A stretch of 64,000 nucleotides of DNA, from positions 96,001-160,000 of the forward strand of contig CAWBKB010000003.1 in NCBI GenBank assembly GCA_963789265.1. The letters are read 5' to 3'. The position numbers and the translations under genes were made by a program. This document shows, one piece after another, positions 1-9,682 of the stretch (the stretch's first letter is position 1; every line of letters begins with the position of its first letter). Under the pieces are notes generated by a model. The model was given only the letters and a program-made list of their open reading frames with translations, had not been told where the DNA came from and did not search any database. The DNA is from an uncultured delta proteobacterium (GTDB lineage Bacteria; Desulfobacterota; Desulfomonilia; Desulfomonilales; Desulfomonilaceae).

Positions 1-8
1 CCCCCTTT

Positions 9-1163
9 ATGAAGGGGGGGGACCCTTTTAGACGCGGGGTCAGGTTGGCGCCTGTGGTCCCAGGTGGAGAAGACAGACTGAGGGGCGATCCGCGGTCAAG
101 GCATAGGGCATGCTTCAACTCTAATTGCTACCGCTCCCGCGGGTTCACCTTCATTGAATTGCTCGTCGTGGTAACTATTATAACGATCTTTGCAGCAATC
201 GCGTTGCCGACGGGGTTGCACTGGCTCACCGATTATCGGTTAACGCAGGCAGTCAGATCCTTATCCAACGCGGTTCTTATGGCCAGGATGCGCGGCATCG
301 AGAATAGGTCGGTCATCACGATAACCACAAGTGTGACGTCAACCGACAGCCCTTTCACCGCGACTTGTCCGGGTATCATATTTACTACAAATGTAGACCA
401 CGGGCTCACCGGGCCCAATCCGGTCGTGACCAACTACCTCGTAGATCCCACTACCCTCAGTCCTGCTCCCCCGCCGCTCTCGCCACGCTATTGGCCTGTC
501 TCTAATTGTAAATGTGTCAAGGACCTTGGCAGCCCCCCATCCACCACGCCGACGCCGGGTGATACGGTCATGTTTTCCGGGTTAGATCACACTAAATCAA
601 TGAATGGCGCCGAGTTCGAGGTCTTGACCATTCCCTCTTCAACTCAGTTCGCTGTGCAGCACACTTATAACGTGATCCTGGGAGACCTTCCAAGTGGCGA
701 TACCAAGGGTACGGTGCGGAACCTGATTGCGCCCGGCAGGCTGAGGATAGTGCCCGCGACTGCTGTATTGACCACCCCCACGAACGACAACCAGGAGAAC
801 TTTTCGTCTTCCGGGTTTACGATCAAAGAAGAGGCATCCACGATAGTTTTCAGGTACAACACAGACCAATTCCAGATTACCTTTTACGCCGGTAACCCTC
901 CTATTCCTTCCGACACCCCTACGCTGGATCCCTCGTCAACGGCATACAATTTTGCTGAAATCAGGTTTGACAACCGTGGATTTCCTAAATCAACTCTTGC
1001 ATATAACAGTTCTTCCGGCACTATGACTACCAATCCTATTTCCACCAATACCACTATCCTGATTGCTGAAAAGTTGACCGGATCAAAGCACCGGACCCCT
1101 CGGACAGTCCAGTATCTGGTCTCGCCGACCGGTAAGGTAAATACAACGGCCTGGGAGGAGTGA
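9..1163 (+). CDS. FimT/FimU-like type IV minor pilin (prepilin N-terminal cleavage/methylation domain)
   Basis: Class III signal RG|FTFIELLVVVTIITIFAAIALP (G|F at nt 141-146), then LTQAVRSLSNAVLMARMRGI as in FimT/GspH; C-terminal IRFDNRGFP...VSPTGKV. True start is probably downstream of nt 9, because nt 1-24 is a hairpin repeat. Confidence 0.8.
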   Translation: MKGGDPFRRGVRLAPVVPGGEDRLRGDPRSRHRACFNSNCYRSRGFTFIELLVVVTIITIFAAIALPTGLHWLTDYRLTQAVRSLSNAVLMARMRGIENRSVITITTSVTSTDSPFTATCPGIIFTTNVDHGLTGPNPVVTNYLVDPTTLSPAPPPLSPRYWPVSNCKCVKDLGSPPSTTPTPGDTVMFSGLDHTKSMNGAEFEVLTIPSSTQFAVQHTYNVILGDLPSGDTKGTVRNLIAPGRLRIVPATAVLTTPTNDNQENFSSSGFTIKEEASTIVFRYNTDQFQITFYAGNPPIPSDTPTLDPSSTAYNFAEIRFDNRGFPKSTLAYNSSSGTMTTNPISTNTTILIAEKLTGSKHRTPRTVQYLVSPTGKVNTTAWEE

Positions 1164-1199
1164 CTCGCTCCAGGGTGAAACACGATATCATCTGAGGGA

Positions 1200-1616
1200 T
1201 TGAACATGAAGGTCTTCAGATCTGAGAAGGGTTTTACGATAATTGAGACGATAGTTGCGATGTTCATACTCGCAGTGGGCACGCTGGGCGTCGCATCTAT
1301 GCTCATGATCCACATGACCTCCGATGGACATGCGGCTCGGACGAGGCGTGCGGAATCGTTATGCATTCAAAAGCTCGAAGAGCTCAAGACTCAGGCAGGG
1401 ACGTTGACCAGCGGCTCCTCCGCGGATGACACGTATGCTTACAAATGGGACGTGTCGAACTACCAGTGGTTGGACAACAGCCAGAACTCGGGTCTGAATC
1501 AGATTGATATCACAGTGGGTTGGCCCGTGGGCGGGCCATGCACGTCTTCAACGCCGTCGAACTGCAAGAACATATTAGCGGTGACAACCTATTTCAAACC
1601 TCTACCCGGCCCCTGA
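1200..1616 (+). CDS. pilV: PilV-like minor pilin
   Basis: KG|FTIIETIVAMFILAVGTLG prepilin motif, QKLEELK and ITVGW motifs, position in the cluster. Confidence 0.75.
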   Translation: MNMKVFRSEKGFTIIETIVAMFILAVGTLGVASMLMIHMTSDGHAARTRRAESLCIQKLEELKTQAGTLTSGSSADDTYAYKWDVSNYQWLDNSQNSGLNQIDITVGWPVGGPCTSSTPSNCKNILAVTTYFKPLPGP

Positions 1617-1634
1617 CCGAAGGCGGAGCGGCGG

Positions 1635-2642
1635 ATGAAGAATTCAAAAGGCTTCACACTGGTTGAAATGATGGTGGCGGCAGGGCTGCTGGCACTGGCC
1701 CTTGCGGGTGCAATGTCTTTTTTCATTTATCAGAGCCGGACTGGGGCGGATTCCAGCAAGTTTAAAACTGCGCGGCAAGACCTGACCCTGGCGCTCACGT
1801 TGATGAAGCGCGACATAACGCTGGCGGGATGCGGGGTTGCAGGCGATAAGACCCTTTCCCTGGTGCTAATTTCGAACTACGGAGTCGATAATGTGACAGG
1901 TGACACGCTTAACTCCACCGATAGCACGCAATGGAATGTCACTGACCTCCCGCGCCTGGTGTCGGATCCGGCGAGCGATCCGTACTTGCCGACAGGCACT
2001 ACATTCAAACCGGACAAAATCTTTGTCGAGTACGGCAATTTCTTGGACATGAATTTCGATATTAACGGAATCACTGATACTGATACGGTCTTCAAGTATT
2101 CTGCTTCGAAGGTCATAGGTGCATCTGACGTAAATTCTTTTATCTACGACATCTTCCCCATCGGCATGGATGTCTCGACCAATACCAAACCTCTGGGCGG
2201 GTTTATATGTAAAGATTGCGGAACCGGATCTGCGCCGAAAGGCGCGGAAGTCGACTGGGTGGCGACGGGGAGCAGGCCCAATGATAGCGTCACGAAGAGT
2301 TGGACCTTTAAGCTGAATACCGGCAAGAACCTCCACGGCACGGTTGCGCCGTCAATAGTGTACCGAATCGCCAAAGATACTAAACGCGAAACGTATGAGT
2401 TGCAAAGAAACGGCATTCGTATAGCGGGTGGGGATCCTGAGATGGAAGTCTATGGTCTCACGGTGAAAGATCAAAGTTCCGGAAATTCGCTGCGATTCAC
2501 CGTCAGGATCGATTATCAGGTCAAGCTCACGGGTTCACAGGCAGAATTGAACGCGCACGGACCGGGCAAGAAGACGTGGCATAAGGCTTGGATCACTTTT
2601 GAGGCAGATCCTCGAACCCTTGTGCTGAACGCAGGTTCCTAA
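1635..2642 (+). CDS. pilW: PilW-like minor pilin
   Basis: KG|FTLVEMMVA motif; ARQDLTLALTLMKRDITLAG matches the PilW 'L..DIR.AG' pattern; GGAG RBS upstream. Confidence 0.75.
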   Translation: MKNSKGFTLVEMMVAAGLLALALAGAMSFFIYQSRTGADSSKFKTARQDLTLALTLMKRDITLAGCGVAGDKTLSLVLISNYGVDNVTGDTLNSTDSTQWNVTDLPRLVSDPASDPYLPTGTTFKPDKIFVEYGNFLDMNFDINGITDTDTVFKYSASKVIGASDVNSFIYDIFPIGMDVSTNTKPLGGFICKDCGTGSAPKGAEVDWVATGSRPNDSVTKSWTFKLNTGKNLHGTVAPSIVYRIAKDTKRETYELQRNGIRIAGGDPEMEVYGLTVKDQSSGNSLRFTVRIDYQVKLTGSQAELNAHGPGKKTWHKAWITFEADPRTLVLNAGS

Positions 2643-2687
2643 GTGCTTTTTTCGTTCCGAGGCCTTGTCCTGGGATTTGCGCAGACG

Positions 2688-2800
2688 CGTAGAATGTGCT
2701 GAGCGGAACGAAGCGCATCGGTCGCGTAAACTTGCCGAGCGGCTCCGCAATGACCGAACGATGCGCTTCCCCTGCGTTCGCAGGTTCAGCACATCCTACG
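2688..2800. repeat. Inverted pair of GTAG-type REP-like sequences (REPIN-like) between pilW and pilX
   Basis: CGTAGAATGTGCTGA..GAAGCGCATCG (2688-2720) is the imperfect inverted complement of CGATGCGCTTC..TCAGCACATCCTACG (2759-2800). Confidence 0.75.
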
Positions 2801-2900
2801 GATGTCGCTGAACCGGTTATTTTCCCACGGGGCTCTTGTGCCGTTGAATAACCGGGTGGAGTCCGGAAACTACAGCGCGTGACTGGAGAGGTGAAAGGAC

Positions 2901-3473
2901 ATGAAAAAGTTGTTACAAACGCGATTGAGACCGACGAACAGTGACCGGGGGAACGCAGTGGCCATAGTGCTGCTGGTCCTGGCAGTCGTGAGCCTTGTCG
3001 GAGTGGGGATGCTGACTCAGTCCAGGATAGACCTCAAGTTCGCAACCTCTTACAAGAGCCACGCCACAGCATTCAATCTAGCCGACGGTGCCGCGTCGCT
3101 GGCTTATACCACAGTGTCCTTCTCCTTCGCCCCGCCGTACGACGGCCACTCTGCGCCGCAATTGCTAAACACGCATTATTCAGATCCTCAATTTCCCACG
3201 ACGGCCGGCAATCCCACGGGAAGCCAGCTCAAGGACAGAGGCACCTATTGGCCCGTCATGATTTTCCAGGGGCCGATAACCGACCCGACGAAGATGCCCG
3301 GCTGGGGGTTTGTCGAAGATGGCCGTACGCTGGAATGTTGGATTGCTCAAGGGTGCGGGCGACGGCAGGACACTGCAGGTATAGCAGCAAACAACACCGA
3401 GGTGCGCGAGGGAAAACACCTCCCTTCCGAAACTTCCGTCCAGATAGCGACGCAGAAGTTAGCCCCGAAGTAG
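2901..3473 (+). CDS. pilX: PilX-like minor pilin
   Basis: RGNAVAIVLLVLAVVSLVGV lacks Glu5, as PilX does, followed by AFNLADGA; cluster order. Confidence 0.7.
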   Translation: MKKLLQTRLRPTNSDRGNAVAIVLLVLAVVSLVGVGMLTQSRIDLKFATSYKSHATAFNLADGAASLAYTTVSFSFAPPYDGHSAPQLLNTHYSDPQFPTTAGNPTGSQLKDRGTYWPVMIFQGPITDPTKMPGWGFVEDGRTLECWIAQGCGRRQDTAGIAANNTEVREGKHLPSETSVQIATQKLAPK

Positions 3474-3504
3474 AAGGGAATTGTTGTCGGGCCGGCATAT
3501 TCCA

Positions 3505-3550
3505 GTAGGACCGGCATCTTGCCGGTTGGTGGGACCGGCATCTTGCCGGT
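3505..3550 (+). repeat. Two REP copies upstream of RAYT
   Basis: GTAGGACCGGCATCTTGCCGGT (3505-3526) and GTGGGACCGGCATCTTGCCGGT (3529-3550): GTAG/GTGG foot plus ACCGGCA/TGCCGGT hairpin. Confidence 0.9.
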
Positions 3551-3580
3551 CAGCGCGTCTCGCGAAGCCGCAACGAAACC

Positions 3581-4036
3581 ATGAAGACATCCGCCCTCAC
3601 AATCTATCGGAGAAAACTACCCCATTGGCGACTTGCCGGGGCAATGTATTTCGTTACTTGGCGTCTTGGCGTGAACCAGCTCCCTCTCGGCCCCCAAGAA
3701 AGAACCATTGTGGAGACATCAATTAAACATTTCGAAGGCCGGCGTTATAGATTAAGGGCTTACGTGATAATGGACGATCATGTGCACGTTCTGGTTCTCC
3801 CTCTCGAAGGTTTTGCGCTTCAACGAATTGTTCACTCTTGGAAATCGTTTTCCGCCAAAGAGTTAGCAAAGGCCTCGGGAAGGATAAGCCCTATTTGGCA
3901 GCGAGAGTACTTGGATCGTATTGTAAGGGATCAGGAAGAACTGATGCAAAAGGCACAATACATTCATGATAATCCCATGAGAAGATGGCCATATTTGGCG
4001 AAATATCCGTGGATGGGATTTGGCTCTGATGTATGA
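3581..4036 (+). mobile_element. rayT: REP-associated tyrosine transposase (RAYT/TnpA-REP, Y1 HUH family)
   Basis: YRRKLPHW, YFVTWRL, AYVIMDDHVH (HUH), WKSFSA, IWQREYLDRIVRD, YIHDNP (catalytic Tyr); flanked by inverted REPs. Confidence 0.9.
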
Positions 4037-4039
4037 TCA

Positions 4040-4115
4040 ACCGGCAAGATGCCGGTCCTACTGACAACCGGCAAGATGCCGGTCCTACTGACAACCGGCA
4101 AGATGCCGGTCCTAC
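4040..4115 (-). repeat. Three tandem REP copies (27-bp period) downstream of RAYT
   Basis: ACCGGCAAGATGCCGGTCCTAC at 4040, 4067 and 4094, separated by identical TGACA linkers. Confidence 0.95.
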
Positions 4116-4145
4116 TAATTACATTTGTCACCAGGCCGTCGTTTT

Positions 4146-4799
4146 TTATTCTATCCACCGCACAAATTCGTTCAGATCGGCCCTCGAAGACCTGAATTCA
4201 TTGATCGGCACTGCCGGCTTCGGCTTTCCCAATGCCACGGAAATTACTAAGATCTTGGATTCCGGAATGTTCAAATGGTCTTTGACCTCGTCTTCATACG
4301 ATTTGACCAACCCTATCGGACAAGAGGCCAAACCATGAGCTGCCGACGCCAGAAGCAGATAGGCCATGAACGCGCCTATATCGGCCATCCTTTCGGAAGG
4401 ACAAGCTTCATCAAGGAATATAAGGGCCACTGCCGGCGCGCCGTAGAAATTTAGACTCCCCTCGTTGACAAAAGTCGCCAGATCCGTGCCCATCTTCTCC
4501 AGCAAATGGGCCATGCCATCAGCGCATTCTCTTGCCCTCTGAATGAAACGATCGGGGAGGGGGCGGCTCGAACCGGGGCTGCAAGTGAGGCCGCGTTCCC
4601 GAAACGAACGCATAAGCCTTCGTGAGAGTATTCTTACCTCCGCACCGAGGACAATATGCACCTCCCACGGCTGCATGTTTATTGCCGAAGGAGCCCGAGA
4701 GGCGTCGCGTACTACTTTTTCGAGCAAGTGCCTGGGTACGGGTTCATCACTGAAGGCCCTGGCGCTTCTCCGATTCCGAATGGTGTCGATAACGTCCAT
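4146..4799 (-). CDS. Nitroreductase family protein
   Basis: IRNRRSARAF, APSAINMQPW, FYGAP, AHGLASCPIG motifs. Confidence 0.9.
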   Translation of the reverse strand: MDVIDTIRNRRSARAFSDEPVPRHLLEKVVRDASRAPSAINMQPWEVHIVLGAEVRILSRRLMRSFRERGLTCSPGSSRPLPDRFIQRARECADGMAHLLEKMGTDLATFVNEGSLNFYGAPAVALIFLDEACPSERMADIGAFMAYLLLASAAHGLASCPIGLVKSYEDEVKDHLNIPESKILVISVALGKPKPAVPINEFRSSRADLNEFVRWIE

Positions 4800-4954
4800 G
4801 AAGAGCTTACCTCCCTCATAGTTGCAACAGTGGTCAGGTTAGTGGCAATCGGTCCACTTTTTTTGCCGCCTCGTACCTCCTTTTCGCAAATACGGTCTCG
4901 TATTCTGGTACTATAGCGCCATTCCCACGTACGCGGTCCCACGTTCGGGGGACA

Positions 4955-4981
4955 GTAGGACCGGCATCTTGCCGGTTGTCA
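4955..4981 (+). repeat. REP copy identical to the RAYT 27-bp unit
   Basis: GTAGGACCGGCATCTTGCCGGTTGTCA is the exact reverse complement of 4062-4088. Confidence 0.9.
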
Positions 4982-5268
4982 GTCAGACCGGCCTCCCAGC
5001 GGGACGCGGGGTTGTTCGCGAAACGCCGGCGCTACCGTACACTCGGCACCGCATTTATGAAACGCTGTACTTAGTCCGGTGCCTACGGGGTACCTCCCCC
5101 AATCACTTGTCATGAAGTCGGAAAATAGTTATAGATCAGTTTGAGCGTTACTGGAAGGGCCTACACGATGTTACGCGGCCGGAATGATGGCTGAAGCATC
5201 GCTCAGCGGCGTCTGAAGGGTGTCGGCTTTTCTTCGGTAAGAAGCTATGCACGTCCACAGGAGAGAGT

Positions 5269-6501
5269 ATGCTCATGCGTAAAGCGGTTTTCCTTAGCGT
5301 ATGCGCCCTCGTTGTTCTGTTGTGGGGACATCACGAGGTTCGTGCCGCACAATTTGTCGATTTGTATAGAGCAGGATTGGACGCGGAAGACGCAGGGAAC
5401 TTTGATGAAGCTATAAATCAGTTTTCTGAAGCTATTAAGATGTACGGCAGTTCTGCCCAGTGCTGGGCCAAGCGGGGAGAAATTTACTTGAAGAAAGGCG
5501 ATCCCCAATCTGCCATAAAAGACCTAACTCAGGCTATCAAGCTGGACCCGGCCTACGCTCCGGCGTTTATCCGGCTCGGCTTCGCTTACAACGCCATTAA
5601 CGACTACGACCGGGCTCTTGATGCGCTCAACGTCGCGGTCAAACTTGACCCTAACTCTTCCGAGGCCCTTAACACGAGAGGCTTTGCTTACAACGGCAAA
5701 AACGACTACGGGCGCGCTATCAAGGATTTCGACCGGGCAATCCGTTTGAATCCAAGGGATGCACGATACTATAACAATCGCGGGTTCGCCCTGAATGGCA
5801 AATACCAATACAAACGCGCCATTGATGACTTTGACAAAGCTATCAAACTCGATCCGTCCAAGGCCATGTACTACAACAACCGGGGCGTGGCTCATCTAAG
5901 GTTGAAGGAGTACGACCCGGCCCTGAAGGATTTCGACAAGACCCTCGAAATAGACTCAAAATTTGCCTCGGCATATCACAACCGCGGCATGGCACTGAGT
6001 GGGAAAGGGCGTGATGATAAAGCAGTGGAAGAATTCGGCAAAGTCATTGAAATGAACCCGACTTCCGCGGTCTTATATAAGGATCGCGGTACTGCGTACA
6101 GGAAGCTGGGGGAATACGAACTGGCAGAGAAAGACTTCCGGAAAGCCATCGAGTTAAATAAGAAGTTTGCAGCCGCGTACGCGGCGCTCGGTCTCCTTCA
6201 TGCCCTGGCCCCTGAACCACCGTACCGAAATCCTGCAGAAGCGGAGCGTCTGGCTGAGAAGGCCGTTGCACTCACGAACGGTAAAAGCCCGGACATGGTA
6301 GAGATGCTGGCCCAAGTGCAGTACGCCAATAACCGGCATGCCGCTGCCCTTGATACTCTTCGTAAGGCCCTGGTTATGGACCCCGGCAACAAGGAATACC
6401 AGGATTTGTTGGCCAAGTGGGGGGAGGCAATGCCTGGCTCGCCACCGACTCCTAGTAAAGAAGCCGAAGCCAAGATAATGCCATTTCCTACCCTGTGGTG
6501 A
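5269..6501 (+). CDS. Exported tetratricopeptide repeat protein
   Basis: Signal peptide (VRA|AQ); about 9-10 TPR repeats (YYNNRG..Y..AI.DFDKAIKLDP). Confidence 0.9.
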   Translation: MLMRKAVFLSVCALVVLLWGHHEVRAAQFVDLYRAGLDAEDAGNFDEAINQFSEAIKMYGSSAQCWAKRGEIYLKKGDPQSAIKDLTQAIKLDPAYAPAFIRLGFAYNAINDYDRALDALNVAVKLDPNSSEALNTRGFAYNGKNDYGRAIKDFDRAIRLNPRDARYYNNRGFALNGKYQYKRAIDDFDKAIKLDPSKAMYYNNRGVAHLRLKEYDPALKDFDKTLEIDSKFASAYHNRGMALSGKGRDDKAVEEFGKVIEMNPTSAVLYKDRGTAYRKLGEYELAEKDFRKAIELNKKFAAAYAALGLLHALAPEPPYRNPAEAERLAEKAVALTNGKSPDMVEMLAQVQYANNRHAAALDTLRKALVMDPGNKEYQDLLAKWGEAMPGSPPTPSKEAEAKIMPFPTLW

Positions 6502-6529
6502 GGATTCAAAAACTGAGGGGCGATTCTGA

Positions 6530-7090
6530 ATGGGTCAAGAAAGTGACGCTGTGGCCCGGTACGTCAAAGGCCATGTGCAATCGGGCCGCTCGAGCGGAAA
6601 CAGGAAAGTAGTTGCGGCCACTGCCGGGCGCTTTGAAAAGGCATTCTTGCTTCTTCCAGAAGAAGTATTAGGTCTGTTCCTGTCCGGGGCAAGAAACTTG
6701 ACCATTGTGATAATGCCGGACGTTCCCCTGCCTTTGGGCATGAGCACAAAGACCCAAGGCCCACCGGGCGCCAGAGAATACAGGATCATGATGTACGATG
6801 AACAGCAGGAGTGGCCGGAAGACCTGTTCCTGGGTGCGTTCCTGCGGGAATTGGGACATGTGGTGGCTCAGAGACCTCCAGAAGACGAGTGGCCCAGGTC
6901 ACACGGCGACCGGGCACGGTACAAAGAGAGGCTCGAGTACATCGCTGATGCCATGGTCTGGAAATGGGGGCTGAGGCATTACAGTATGCGCCATCTCACC
7001 GCAACTTACCCGCGGCACTGGGTGGAAAGAATAGTAGTGGAGATCGGGAAGATCCTGTTGGAGGAAAGTGAGGACCGGGGCTTGATCTAG
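6530..7090 (+). CDS. Hypothetical protein with a degenerate zincin-like motif
   Basis: LRELGHVV followed by EYIAD; GAGGGG RBS; directly downstream of the TPR gene. Confidence 0.6.
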   Translation: MGQESDAVARYVKGHVQSGRSSGNRKVVAATAGRFEKAFLLLPEEVLGLFLSGARNLTIVIMPDVPLPLGMSTKTQGPPGAREYRIMMYDEQQEWPEDLFLGAFLRELGHVVAQRPPEDEWPRSHGDRARYKERLEYIADAMVWKWGLRHYSMRHLTATYPRHWVERIVVEIGKILLEESEDRGLI

Positions 7091-7352
7091 GAGTCGCTAG
7101 TGGACAAGAGACTCACGACAGCGGAATTAATCAATGGCAGGTCTTCCTTGATAGTTTTCCACAGGACTTTCATTTCGACAGCGAAATATTGATGGAATGG
7201 TTTGTCACGCATGCCGGCCATTTCTGTAAACGGAATGTCCGGATGCTCTGTTTTAAGATTCTGATACTAGTGCGCCATCAAACAAGTGACAATCCCCGCG
7301 ACGATATGGCGGGGCATCCCGCGTTCCGCGGGATCACCCCGGACTTCGATCC

Positions 7353-7530
7353 CATAGGCGTTAAGTTAACGATTTATTCCCCCCTTTCGTAAAGGGGGGC
7401 CAGGGGGGATTTTGGGATAACTCATTGAAAATCCCCCTAAATCCCCCTTCAGAAAAGGGGGACTTCGATCGCCCTCGGCCTGCATTCACCTCTTGAAAAG
7501 GAACGAAATTGCCTTAAGTTAACGCCTATG
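7353..7530. mobile_element. 178-bp MITE with 17-bp terminal inverted repeats and a 12-bp target duplication (IS4-family-like ends)
   Basis: Left end CATAGGCGTTAAGTTAA, right end TTAAGTTAACGCCTATG (1 mismatch); direct repeat GGACTTCGATCC at 7341-7352 and 7531-7542; no transposase ORF. Confidence 0.85.
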
Positions 7531-7570
7531 GGACTTCGATCCGGGGGCAGCGCCAGCGTCTTGCGAACAA

Positions 7571-7592
7571 ACGGCATGGAGGCCGGCCCTAC
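7571..7592 (-). repeat. Degenerate GTAG-type REP
   Basis: ACGGCATGGAGGCCGGCCCTAC resembles ACCGGCACGGAGGCCGGTCCTAC at 15178 and 24105. Confidence 0.6.
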
Positions 7593-7834
7593 TGAATGCC
7601 GGCGTACGTGGGCATAACGACAGTCACGCCCGGGCGTGACTGTCCCACCAAAAACACGATGCCACTTGTTTGAAAGCGAATAGGTATGAAGAATTTTCTT
7701 GGTGTGAATCGTTTCCAGAACTTGAAACTATTTGGCTCCAGAAGCCGAATAGAGTGGTACTGAAGCTGATTGAAAGACCGGAGATCATCCGTACGGCAAA
7801 GACCATGCGATGCAGGGTTCCGCTCCAGGCCGAG

Positions 7835-9598
7835 TTAGGAGCTAGGTTTCGCACTGTACTTTTTCAGTGTATGAAAGTACGTGTGAATTACGAGCGCGGA
7901 CATCAGCAGATAAGCACAGGCCAGGTGCAAGCCGTCGATGACACGCAAACCGCCAAGTTTCTCAATGATGGGCATGGTCCTGTATAGGTCGTATAGAAGA
8001 ATGCCTGTCAATATCTGGGCCGGAACCAATACGAACAACATCCAGAAAAAGAGTAATTTTTCCAGTGATTCCAGTACCGGAGGCAGATTCAAAATTCCTC
8101 GTGCAGTTTCTCGCGAACAAAGATCAGATAGCCATAATAATGTAACATCTCTATAGAATTCCGAAAGACCCCCTTGGGAAAAACAAAAAACCTGCACTTC
8201 AACCTTCCGCTCCAAACCTCATATGAGATCCAGAACACATAGTCTACCAACACTACGGCCCCACAAATATTATGAAGGTTAACAGCATTCAGGAAAGTGG
8301 TGAAGATCGGCAGAAGGTCCGGAAGCCTAAGTTGTAGGCCAGTGAGCAGCAACAAAGTGACGCAAAGCCCGTGTACCGTATGCCCTACGGTCTCCGCTAA
8401 AGGGTGTTCGAGTGCCTCGATAGTTCCCCCCCCTCTGAGTTTGCGAGTGAAAAACATCAGAAGAGCATGAAAAGACACTGCCATCAGGCTTGATAGAACA
8501 AGTGCGATCCCTAATAAATCAATCCACTTGAATCCGACCTGCCGTACCATCTTGAGTATATTTATTAGATCTTGTCTACGAATTTTGGACTCACCGAGCA
8601 GGTAAAAATCTTCAGACAGCTCTCCAGGGCCGCGCAGGAGCAAGATTTGAGGATCAACAGGTATGGTTCTGAAATCTCCTCCTTTTTCGGGAACTTCCAG
8701 AACAAGTTTGGAATAAAACCTTGCATTTTCAGAATGACAAAGCGAACAATCCTTGGTCTTCTCTCCTTTGTCAGTAAAGTTATGGGTCGGTCTCAGAACC
8801 AGGATGCTGTACGTCTAGCGAGGCCTCGGGGATTCCGTTTCTCCGAAGTTTTCCAAGGAACCAGCCGATCTCCGCGGTCGACAGCCTGCCATTGCCGTCC
8901 TGGTCCAACGTTCCGACAAGTCCTCCCTGTCCCGATTTCACGAACGGAGCAAGCCTCCCATAATTCAGGATGTTCTCTCCAGAGGGCTTGCCCTTTTCCA
9001 CAATATGAAAGACCGCTCCGATCTCCGCGTTGAGGTCGTGGCACGTGGCGCATTCCAGATAGTTAAAGTGAAGTTGCTTCTGGGGCAGCCATCTGTGCGC
9101 GTGGTACGCGTCGTGACATTTCAGACATCTCATTTTTCTATCTTCGGTGCTGAGCTGGTGGAACGGAACGCTGTAATGGGGATTGTGGCAGGAATAGCAT
9201 ATTTTCTTGGAGATCTGAGCGTGAAGGCTTCTTGAATATTGCTGGTTCACCTTTTCATGACATTTGCCACACTTGGGTTCGATCCCGATGCTATGCGGGA
9301 CCGCCTTATTTTTATCTATGGATGATATAGTGTCGTGACAGGACGTGCAGGCGATGCCTTTTCCCGCGTGAGCAGACCGCCTGAATTTGACAGGATCGAT
9401 AAATAGACTACTTCCTTTCCTGGATCGCATATCCTGGTGCGCATGACATTGAAGGCATTCATCATTTGATGGGACGTGCGCCTGTGAAGCACCATGTAAA
9501 CCCATTATAACGGCAAACGAAAGGATCGTGATCCTCAAGAGGAAAGTTGTTGGGGCGTTCATAGAGCAGTCTTCTAGCATCCTGGTCGCCGTTACCAA
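7835..9598 (-). CDS. Multiheme cytochrome c / cytochrome b fusion, read through two frameshifts (about 8808 and 8092)
   Basis: ORF 8780-9598 has a signal peptide and six CxxCH motifs. A one-base shift continues into ILVLRPTHNF..DCSLCH (7th heme) and ORF 8089-8643. ORFs 8089-8643 and 7835-8215 give a cytochrome b-type membrane domain with His in HTVH, NLH, GLH, VIH. Confidence 0.8.
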
Positions 9599-9604
9599 AG
9601 AAAC

Positions 9605-9634
9605 AAAAAAGGAGAGGTCGTTACTCTCCCTTTT
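9605..9634. terminator. Intrinsic terminator-like hairpin, possibly bidirectional
   Basis: AAAAAA-GGAGAG-gtcgtta-CTCTCC-CTTTT downstream of the 9683 gene. Confidence 0.55.
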
Positions 9635-9682
9635 ATGGCGACTTCATATGCTGACTCGCGGTCTCACCGTCGGTGGACAGGT

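Noticed and set aside
4040..4115. Possible CRISPR array
   Set aside because: Linkers are identical 5-mers with no unique spacers and there are no cas genes; these are REPs next to a RAYT
3481..4338. Short ORFs with VGPASCRL, NRQDAGPTD or SRTGILPV repeats
   Set aside because: Translations of REP arrays, overlapping real genes
8089..8091. Selenocysteine readthrough of the TGA in the cytochrome b part
   Set aside because: The cytochrome b-like sequence continues in another frame, so a frameshift fits better
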